Positions 7,952 to 15,247 of a stretch of 20,000 bases of DNA are shown here, one piece after another (position 1 is the stretch's first letter; every line of letters begins with the position of its first letter). The position numbers and the translations under genes are program-made. The stretch comes from an uncultured virus (IMG/VR IMGVR_UViG_3300008255_000130) (taxonomy: Duplodnaviria > Heunggongvirae > Uroviricota > Caudoviricetes). The notes beneath the pieces are model-generated. The model had not been told where the DNA came from. It ran no database searches and saw nothing but the letters and a program-made list of their open reading frames with translations. The stretch is from IMG/VR virus record IMGVR_UViG_3300008255_000130; one strand, 5' to 3'.

Positions 7952-8584
7952 ATGGAAACTTATAATTTTAAAGAATATTATTTAGCGTCTAAGATCGTAA
8001 ACGAAACATTTTTTAACTTTGAAAAGAATCAAAGTTATAGTGAAGAAACTATAGACAAGCAAAATCTCGAAAGCGCCATTGAATATGGCAAAAATTCTTT
8101 GAAATTAGACTTAGCTTTTGTTATTAAATTTGGATTAGGTATTGGCGGATTATACGAACCACTCCAAAGATTTTATGCAGGACAAGGTATTACATTTTCA
8201 GAGCAAGAATTAATTTTACTTGCTGGATCATTGCTTGGTACTCTTACAAAAGAAGACTTCGTTAATTCAAAAAAAGCAATAGATAAAATACTCAAAGGTA
8301 AAAACAAATTAAAAAAATTAGCCTCTGCATCGCTTCAAGTATTTAGAGGTCTTATGAAAAAGATTCAAGGACAACAAATGCTTGTGACTTATTCTTTTGT
8401 TCTTGTGCCTATTATGGAAGCAATCAACAAAATATCAAATGGAAATATGAGTTCTGTTGATGCCACAACAATCAAAAATATTGCACTTGGCATGGCTATC
8501 AACTTTAGTATTTATGCTGGTTCAAGCAAACTTAAAACAGTTTTCAATTCTCTTAAAAATAAATTTAGTAGTAGAAAACAGTAA
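7952..8584 (+). CDS. Hypothetical helical, partly hydrophobic protein
   Basis: Long ORF. The likely start is ATG 7952, after the upstream stop and a TAAATA box. No recognisable motif. Confidence 0.6.
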   Translation: METYNFKEYYLASKIVNETFFNFEKNQSYSEETIDKQNLESAIEYGKNSLKLDLAFVIKFGLGIGGLYEPLQRFYAGQGITFSEQELILLAGSLLGTLTKEDFVNSKKAIDKILKGKNKLKKLASASLQVFRGLMKKIQGQQMLVTYSFVLVPIMEAINKISNGNMSSVDATTIKNIALGMAINFSIYAGSSKLKTVFNSLKNKFSSRKQ

Positions 8585-9773
8585 CCATTTCAATAATTAC
8601 TCCAGCATCAGTAGCAATTGTAATTGGAACGAAGTATTTAACATATCTCTCTCCAAATATTGAATTCAATAAATAATTATCTACGTCCGATGTAAAGTTT
8701 GGCCCTGTAGGAATTCTACAAGTTATAGTTACATCTATTTCTTGACCTGCATTTATTAGAGTCGGAAAAGTAGGAATGCTATCCATGATAACCATATCAT
8801 GTAAATCTCCGCTTCCGCCAGAAATCGCAACTCCGGGTATCTCTATGTTTTGTAGCTCCATTGGTGCATTGCCAGTATTCTTAATTTTTAAAGTAAATGT
8901 TCTTGGGTCTATTAAATTTGGTGAAGGCGATGCAACGTCAAATCTATCAAAAATAAACTCAAAATTATCGTTTACTTTCTCAGTCACTAATATTGGAGCT
9001 GGTACAGCATTTACTGTAAATTGATAATTAAAATTAAATATAGGTACTTTTGGATCGTTTGTTTCGATTGAAACAATAAAATCTCTTACAGTCTGATCGA
9101 CAAGAGTATAATCAAGAGTGACTTCTACTTCATCAACATTTGGAAGCAAAGAATCTTCAATATCTGTGATGTTTACTGATTCTCCTGGCCCAAGTAGAAA
9201 ACCACCAATGTTCACACTACTAATATCTAATCTAGAAGTTCCTTTATTTTTAATTTTAAATTTGAATTGACCAGCAACCGTAGTAACGACATCTGATCCA
9301 ATGTAAGTCCCATTGTTTGGAATAATTACTTCACTCAAGTTTGAAACTTCTATAATTGGAGCTGGTGTTGGTTGTAGATTCCAATTTAATTTCCATTTAG
9401 CCACGAAGTTTTGTCTAAGCATATTGTAAGCTGAGTTCATGTAATCTGATTTCTGACCCGCAGAAAGGATATTGTTTGTCCAGTTTGTTTCGATGTTATT
9501 TATAGGATCAATAGTTGTGTAATAGTATAATCCAACAGATTCTTGAGAAAATGTAAGCTGTTGGAATTGAACAAGAGTGTAGGAATAACGGCTTACATTT
9601 TGAAAAATAGAATTATAGTTGTAAGCAAAAATCATAATAAATCCATCTTCTTCTGGTTTCTTACTTGCTACAGTAATAGTAGAAATTAAACCTTTTTCAA
9701 AATAAATTTTCTTTTGATTTTGTAAGTCTTGTATTAGTTCAGAAGGATATTGATATTGATAAAATGTACTCAT
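8565..9773 (-). CDS. Protein with two Ig-like (ASH / choice-of-anchor D / DUF1573-like) domains, possibly a virion decoration protein
   Basis: Repeated motifs PAPII/PAPIL...F.IKNKGTSRLDI and LKIKNTGNAPMEL, plus IETNDP. This is the only long minus-strand ORF. Confidence 0.72.
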   Translation of the reverse strand: MSTFYQYQYPSELIQDLQNQKKIYFEKGLISTITVASKKPEEDGFIMIFAYNYNSIFQNVSRYSYTLVQFQQLTFSQESVGLYYYTTIDPINNIETNWTNNILSAGQKSDYMNSAYNMLRQNFVAKWKLNWNLQPTPAPIIEVSNLSEVIIPNNGTYIGSDVVTTVAGQFKFKIKNKGTSRLDISSVNIGGFLLGPGESVNITDIEDSLLPNVDEVEVTLDYTLVDQTVRDFIVSIETNDPKVPIFNFNYQFTVNAVPAPILVTEKVNDNFEFIFDRFDVASPSPNLIDPRTFTLKIKNTGNAPMELQNIEIPGVAISGGSGDLHDMVIMDSIPTFPTLINAGQEIDVTITCRIPTGPNFTSDVDNYLLNSIFGERYVKYFVPITIATDAGVIIEMVTVFYY

Positions 9774-9779
9774 AAATTA

Positions 9780-9786
9780 TATTTAG
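9780..9786 (-). promoter_or_regulatory. Candidate T4-like late promoter box CTAAATA, 6 nt upstream of the ATG of the Ig-domain gene
   Basis: The minus strand reads AAAACTAAATATAATTTATG with no Shine-Dalgarno sequence. A similar TAAATA lies at 7939-7944. Confidence 0.45.
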
Positions 9787-9962
9787 TTTTTTCTTTAGAA
9801 AACCAAAGCATTTTTCTTTGACTTGTTTTAATATTATATGTAATTTTATTTAACTTTTCTACAGAATAAAAAAAAATAAAAGATGAAAACTTTCTGAGAG
9901 AAATGCATATAATGAATCTGAGAAGGAATAAGGATAATTAATATCTTTGTTCTAAAAAAATT

Positions 9963-10808
9963 ATGAATGATATTAAATTTTCAAAGAGTCGTTTTGATAC
10001 CCAAAAGAAATGTTTAGGTATCTATCATTATAAATATATAGAGAAGCTAGAGACCTCTTCTGTGATTTATCCAGCTACGGTTATAGGTGAAGCTGTTCAC
10101 TATTATCTAGAACTATTTTTTACACAAATAAATGAAGAACATTTCAATTGGGCCAAGCAAAAAATCCATAAGCCGACCCTTACTTATAAACAATTTATAG
10201 AGAAAACAAAATTAAGACTATTCACAGATGTTTTTTCAGAATATCTTGATGGTGTCAAAGCAGATAAAACTAAAGAGTTTAGATTATCGAGAGGTTGGAA
10301 GTTAGAAGATTTTTTGAAAGTTGCTGATAGTTGGGTCTGGGAAATACTAAAATTTCTTATCAAACTATTTGAGTATGGGCAGTTTTCTTCTGAGTTAGAG
10401 TTCTCATGCAAATATAAAAATGTAGAAGTAAATGGGATTATAGATTTAGTTTTACAAGTGGATGAAGATTTATATGTAGTAGACTTCAAAACTACAAAAG
10501 ATAGTTCTACTTACTACTTTGTAAATTGGGATAATGATCCGCAGAGTTTAGTTTATTACTATGCATTGTGGAAAGAAAAAGGCATTAAGATAAAAAAATT
10601 CTCATATTTTTGTTTTAATATGGAAAACAAGACCATCTTGGTAAATAGTATAGAATACACAAAAGATTATACTAAAAACTTTGAAGATATAATTAAGAAG
10701 TTTCTAGTTAATCATAAAGTTAGTTCAGACAAAAAAAAGTGGACACCATCACAAAACAATTGCAGGTGGTGTGATTTTAAAAAACAATGCCCGGTAGGTA
10801 TAAAATGA
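9963..10808 (+). CDS. PD-(D/E)XK exonuclease, Cas4/AddB-like, with probable 4Fe-4S cluster
   Basis: FSKS......C, G..VH, E, GIIDLV, VVDFKT, Q...Y and a C-terminal CRWC.....C. Confidence 0.9.
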   Translation: MNDIKFSKSRFDTQKKCLGIYHYKYIEKLETSSVIYPATVIGEAVHYYLELFFTQINEEHFNWAKQKIHKPTLTYKQFIEKTKLRLFTDVFSEYLDGVKADKTKEFRLSRGWKLEDFLKVADSWVWEILKFLIKLFEYGQFSSELEFSCKYKNVEVNGIIDLVLQVDEDLYVVDFKTTKDSSTYYFVNWDNDPQSLVYYYALWKEKGIKIKKFSYFCFNMENKTILVNSIEYTKDYTKNFEDIIKKFLVNHKVSSDKKKWTPSQNNCRWCDFKKQCPVGIK

Positions 10809-11155
10809 TAACAAATAGAATTCTTAGACAAAAGGGTAGAAGATTTGATACAGACCTTACACTTCATTTTATAAAAGAATATAAAAAATCAGTCAAAGAA
10901 GATAAAGAAGATTATACAAAAGAAGATTACGAAGAAATAAAAGATTGGTTAAAAACTCTAAAGAGACATGCTCACGATCAAATAGAATATGAGTATCATG
11001 CCTTTAGAGAGAAACCAGACTTTATTAATTTTGAAGATGTACCTTATGGACAGGTTGTTGACCATCAATTAAATATTGTTATGGATGCTTTTGATGAAAT
11101 ATGTATGAGACTTGAGGAAAAAGATAATAAACATGGTTACGCAAGTGAAAATTAA
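10805..11155 (+). CDS. Hypothetical protein
   Basis: ATG 10805 overlaps the upstream TGA (ATGA). Charged, helical composition. Confidence 0.65.
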   Translation: MITNRILRQKGRRFDTDLTLHFIKEYKKSVKEDKEDYTKEDYEEIKDWLKTLKRHAHDQIEYEYHAFREKPDFINFEDVPYGQVVDHQLNIVMDAFDEICMRLEEKDNKHGYASEN

Positions 11156-11159
11156 TTTA

Positions 11160-11360
11160 ATGATACTATTACTTATACTATGGCTTTTAAAGAGAAATAA
11201 AAAACAATATACGTTGATATATAAAAAACCATATGATTGTGATTTAGAAGATTTAGAAGAAACAGGATATATCTTAGCACCATATCAAAAGATAGTGACC
11301 AATCATCCATTAATTTTTCCTATCGAGCCAAAAAAAAAATCAATCGAAGAAAAAAAATAA
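11160..11360 (+). CDS. Small hypothetical protein with hydrophobic N-terminus (start uncertain: 11133 or 11160)
   Basis: Fills the gap between flanking genes. MILLLILWLL is followed by a basic stretch. Confidence 0.45.
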   Translation: MILLLILWLLKRNKKQYTLIYKKPYDCDLEDLEETGYILAPYQKIVTNHPLIFPIEPKKKSIEEKK

Positions 11361-11418
11361 ATAATTTTTATACACTGTAGAATAATATAAGATACAATAA
11401 CAAACAAGGAAAACACAA

Positions 11419-12366
11419 ATGGCTACAAAAAAGGTAAACTATTTAGACAAGATTAAAAACAAAGTAAAGAAAGCAGTAGAAGAAAAAGCTGCAAACAAAA
11501 CTGGCAACGAAAATGAATTCATTCCACCTGTTGGAAAAACGAAAGTAAGAATTCTACCCCCAATTAACGAAGATCATTACTTCTATCAAACACATTCGTA
11601 TAACTTTCTTCCTAAGTCATCAAGCGAAGGAAAAGATGTTATGCTTTGGACATTGAAGAAATATGAGAAAGATGGTAAAGAAATTAAGAATCCCGTTGAT
11701 GAAGCGGCTTCACAATTTTTTGATTCAAACGACAAGAACCTAAGAAAACTTGGAAGTCAAATTAAAAGAAAGAGAAGATTTTATTTCAATGCTATTCTAG
11801 TTGATGAACCGGATCCAGCTAAAAAACTCGTTGTATTAGTTGATAATACAAATGAAGGAAAACTTACAAAACAAATCTGTTCTGCAATGAACATCCCATT
11901 GATTAGAGATATCGAAGACAATTGGGTTGTTGGTGAAGAAGACATTGATATGGAAGAAGATGGTATTGATTTGTTAGGTTTTGAAGATGGTCACGACTTC
12001 TTGATTGTAAAATCAGAAGAAGCGATTACTCTAGACAATGGTGCTAAGATTAAAAAAGCAAATTTTGAATCTAGTAAACCAGCTGCAAAATCAAGACCTC
12101 TTTCTAAAGAAGAGTTAGCATTGCTAGATAATAGATTTGATTTAACAACTTTTGTTAAATACGAAACTAATCTAGAAACTGTAGAAGAACATCTTGAAAG
12201 ATATGTAGACTCTACAGAAGAAACAGAAACTTCTTCAAGTGCTAAAAGCAAAGTTGCGAACAAGTATAACTCTCCAAAATCTGAAGCTGCTGAACAAGTA
12301 GAAGATGAAAAAGAAGATGAAGAAATGGATGAAGAAACAAAAAAACTAATTGATGAATTAGAATAA
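11419..12366 (+). CDS. Single-stranded DNA-binding protein, T4 gp32-like
   Basis: AAGGA RBS. Motifs VRILPP, H, PVDE, KRKRRFYFNAILV and GHDF.I, with a strongly acidic C-terminal tail. Near UvsX. Confidence 0.85.
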   Translation: MATKKVNYLDKIKNKVKKAVEEKAANKTGNENEFIPPVGKTKVRILPPINEDHYFYQTHSYNFLPKSSSEGKDVMLWTLKKYEKDGKEIKNPVDEAASQFFDSNDKNLRKLGSQIKRKRRFYFNAILVDEPDPAKKLVVLVDNTNEGKLTKQICSAMNIPLIRDIEDNWVVGEEDIDMEEDGIDLLGFEDGHDFLIVKSEEAITLDNGAKIKKANFESSKPAAKSRPLSKEELALLDNRFDLTTFVKYETNLETVEEHLERYVDSTEETETSSSAKSKVANKYNSPKSEAAEQVEDEKEDEEMDEETKKLIDELE

Positions 12367-12389
12367 GAAAATTACCTTTTCACTATTTG

Positions 12390-12423
12390 AAACTCTATGA
12401 AGAAATTCATAGAGTTTTTTTTT
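12390..12423 (+). terminator. Rho-independent terminator after the SSB gene
   Basis: AAACTCTATGAA-GAAA-TTCATAGAGTTT: perfect 12-bp stem with a GAAA tetraloop, followed by a T run. Confidence 0.9.
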
Positions 12424-12447
12424 ACCCTATGAAAACTATAATAGTTT

Positions 12448-12720
12448 ATGGAAGATAAATTTAGATTTATTATATTAAGAGATTTTGTCAACAAGAAACC
12501 TTTAGTTCTAGCAATAGATTCTATTGAAGCTATTTATGAAGATCATAAGAATTCTATTTCTATGAACTTAGAAGAAGAAGAATCGAAAAAACTTTTCGAT
12601 TCTTTACCAGAATTCTTCACAAAAATAGAGATTAAGAATAAAGAGATTTTTTATCCTGTTGATAATTCTATAGAAGATATAGTAACCTTTTTGGCAACAA
12701 AACAAATAGAGGAGATTTAA
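12448..12720 (+). CDS. Hypothetical protein (90 aa)
   Basis: ORF between the terminator and uvsX. TATAAT lies 5 nt upstream of the ATG. Confidence 0.65.
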   Translation: MEDKFRFIILRDFVNKKPLVLAIDSIEAIYEDHKNSISMNLEEEESKKLFDSLPEFFTKIEIKNKEIFYPVDNSIEDIVTFLATKQIEEI

Positions 12721-12725
12721 CAAAA

Positions 12726-14024
12726 TTGGCAACAAAAACTAAAACAAAAAAAACAGAAATAACTACAGACCTAATTGAAGAAACAGAGCCAGCCGAGACA
12801 ACGGAAGTAGCTGTTATTCCCAAGAAAGGCTCAGCAAAAACTACGAAAGCAACTAAAGTTTTATCAATGGATGAAATGGAAAAAGAAATGTCAGCATTTC
12901 TTCTTAAATCAACAGGCGTAAAAATACAAAGCATCAAAGATGTAGATGTAGTAAAGAAATATATCAATACTGGTAACTACAGTTTAAACTTTGCTATCAC
13001 AGGAGATTTGACTAAAGGTTTACCGGCTGGTAGAATTTATTCATTTGAAGGTGAATCTGGAAAAGGTAAATCACTTCAAACTTGTGCTATCTCGCTTCAA
13101 AATGCAATGACTGATATTGCAATCATCATAGATATTGAGAATGCTCTTACAGGAGACTTTTTAACGAAAATTGCAAACAATAATTCAGAGTTGGCAAACA
13201 AAGTAAAAATTGTAAATGACATTTATACCATTGAAGATTTACAAAACTTTCTCAACAAGTTGATTCAATTTCAACTATCTAAACCTGAAAAGAATAGACC
13301 ACAAATTTCTATTTCTATCGACTCTTGGAGTATTCTTACTTCTAAACATGAGATCGAAGTAGTTGAAAAAGATGAAGGTAAAAAAGATATGTCTAAAGCA
13401 GTTGCGGCTAGACAGTTATTAAGAGCTTTGGGTGGAAAATTCAAAGAAGCAAATATTACACCTATGTTAGTTATGCATTTAACACAAAACATTGGCGTTA
13501 TGTTCGGAGAAAAAACTGTACCTGCTTCTCATGGTAACGCCGCATTATTTATGTCTACTACAAGATTTAAACTATATGCAACAGAAGAGATTGTAGATAA
13601 GAATAAGAATCCTATCGGAACTATCTTGAACTTCAAGACAGTAAAAAATAGATTTACTTATAAAAATAAAACAGCTAAAATTGCTTTCTACTTCTCAGGC
13701 CCAAAGATTGGTATTGATAGATTTTCTGGTTTACCAGAAACACTTACCACTTGGGGAATCTTTGAAGCAAGTGCAAAAAAGGTTACTGAGTCAACAACTT
13801 TTACTTATGTAAGAGATGGTGAAGAATTTGAATTCAAATTAAAAAACTTTGAAGCATTCATTGAAGAAATGGGTGGAGAAGAAAGTTTTATAAATGAATT
13901 AAATGAAAAATTAAAAAAAGCAATCTCTGGAGTGGAAGTAGACGATAACCCAGAAAACTTTGAAGCGGATGATGAAGATGTAGCAGATGGATTGGATGCT
14001 ATAATTAAAGGAGAAAATAAATGA
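12726..14024 (+). CDS. uvsX: RecA/UvsX-like recombinase
   Basis: YINTG.YSLN..I.G...GLP.GRI, Walker A GESGKGKS, IIDIENA, Walker B ISIDS and K.VKNRF. TTG start after GGAG. Confidence 0.93.
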   Translation: MATKTKTKKTEITTDLIEETEPAETTEVAVIPKKGSAKTTKATKVLSMDEMEKEMSAFLLKSTGVKIQSIKDVDVVKKYINTGNYSLNFAITGDLTKGLPAGRIYSFEGESGKGKSLQTCAISLQNAMTDIAIIIDIENALTGDFLTKIANNNSELANKVKIVNDIYTIEDLQNFLNKLIQFQLSKPEKNRPQISISIDSWSILTSKHEIEVVEKDEGKKDMSKAVAARQLLRALGGKFKEANITPMLVMHLTQNIGVMFGEKTVPASHGNAALFMSTTRFKLYATEEIVDKNKNPIGTILNFKTVKNRFTYKNKTAKIAFYFSGPKIGIDRFSGLPETLTTWGIFEASAKKVTESTTFTYVRDGEEFEFKLKNFEAFIEEMGGEESFINELNEKLKKAISGVEVDDNPENFEADDEDVADGLDAIIKGENK

Positions 14025-14548
14025 AAATAATAGAAAAAATTAAAAACATATTTACACAGTGGAGTGAGACAGTAATTTTTGATACAACCTACTATGTAAG
14101 AAAACATTTTAGAGATAAAAAAACTTATCTACTTGCGTATGTTCACAAAAACATGAGTTTCATAGGTGATATGAATGAATCAAAAAAATATATCTTTGTA
14201 TTTGAAAGAACAGATGAGGGGCTTGCTGGTTGCTACAAAGAGTTGAGAGAAGTACCAATCAATTCAGAAATTCCAGAAGTATATGAATTGATTGATAGTA
14301 GAATTGGTTCTATTTCTTTATTCTTTCCATATACACCGAAAAATGAAAATTTCTCTGATGGTAAATTGTTATATGAGTGTTTACAAAAACATATGGATTC
14401 ATTAGAAATTATTAATACAAATAATATTAATAATAAAACGAAAAAACAAAAGAAAGGTAAAGCTCCAGTTAATAAAGCTTCTGCTAAAAAATCTCCTGCC
14501 AAAAAGGGGCAACCTAAAGCGAAAAAGAATAGAAAGCCAAAGAAATAA
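14021..14548 (+). CDS. Hypothetical protein with Lys-rich, histone-like C-terminal tail
   Basis: GGAG RBS and ATGA overlap. The tail reads KKQKKGKAPVNKASAKKSPAKKGQPKAKKNRKPKK. Confidence 0.7.
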   Translation: MKIIEKIKNIFTQWSETVIFDTTYYVRKHFRDKKTYLLAYVHKNMSFIGDMNESKKYIFVFERTDEGLAGCYKELREVPINSEIPEVYELIDSRIGSISLFFPYTPKNENFSDGKLLYECLQKHMDSLEIINTNNINNKTKKQKKGKAPVNKASAKKSPAKKGQPKAKKNRKPKK

Positions 14549-14564
14549 AACTATATAATAGTTT

Positions 14565-14987
14565 GTGAAAGTCTCGATAAATCATGAAATTAGATTTAAT
14601 TTAAAGAATGAGTTTATCGAGACTTTTTTTTTGACTAATCAAAAACAATTAGTAGAAAAAACTAGACAAATAATAGATATTTTAGAATATATTGCTTATA
14701 GGTTTTCTATAATAGAAATAGAAAATATAATAAAAACAAAAGTAAATTTGTTTACTATTGAGCATACTTATCAAATTGATAAATTTCCTATGCCGTTTGT
14801 AAAAAGAGAATTTACTTTTGACTATTTACCAACAGTATCAAAATACCACTGTAATAAATGCGAACATCATTCAAACAAAGGAATATGTTTACTTAGAGGT
14901 AAATATACTAAAGGTATATGGAAAAATTGTATTTATTATCTTGAAAAATTAAACGCAAAAAACTTCAAGATTATTGAATATAAGTAG
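14565..14987 (+). CDS. Hypothetical protein with C-terminal Cys4 putative metal-binding motif
   Basis: GTG start and CNKC-x7-C-x12-C. Confidence 0.6.
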   Translation: MKVSINHEIRFNLKNEFIETFFLTNQKQLVEKTRQIIDILEYIAYRFSIIEIENIIKTKVNLFTIEHTYQIDKFPMPFVKREFTFDYLPTVSKYHCNKCEHHSNKGICLLRGKYTKGIWKNCIYYLEKLNAKNFKIIEYK

Positions 14988-14998
14988 AGGTACTATAA

Positions 14999-15247
14999 AT
15001 GAAACAATCAAAATTTAAAGAAGAACAAAAAAAAGAAGAACCACAAATAACAGAAAAAAATTTAGAAGTCTTGACTATGGTTACAGAACATATTAAAAGT
15101 AACGTATTGAATAATGGTGTAAGCATTTCAAAAGCATTGACAGATGCAAATAAATTCTTAAAGAAAACAACAACATACATGGAAGAAGAAGGATTGGCAA
15201 ATATTTTTGACGATCTTATTAAAACAGTAAAAAAGAAACAAAGATGA
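14999..15247 (+). CDS. Hypothetical protein (82 aa)
   Basis: GAGG RBS and ATGA overlap with the helicase gene. Confidence 0.65.
   Translation: MKQSKFKEEQKKEEPQITEKNLEVLTMVTEHIKSNVLNNGVSISKALTDANKFLKKTTTYMEEEGLANIFDDLIKTVKKKQR

Noticed and set aside
9818..9846. TTGACT as the -35 of a promoter for the nuclease operon
   Set aside because: The hexamer at 17-nt spacing is TAATTT, a poor -10, which is not supportable in such AT-rich DNA.
9963..10808. Cas4-like gene as evidence of a CRISPR-Cas locus
   Set aside because: No cas1/cas2 or repeat-spacer array is present; the gene sits in a phage recombination module.
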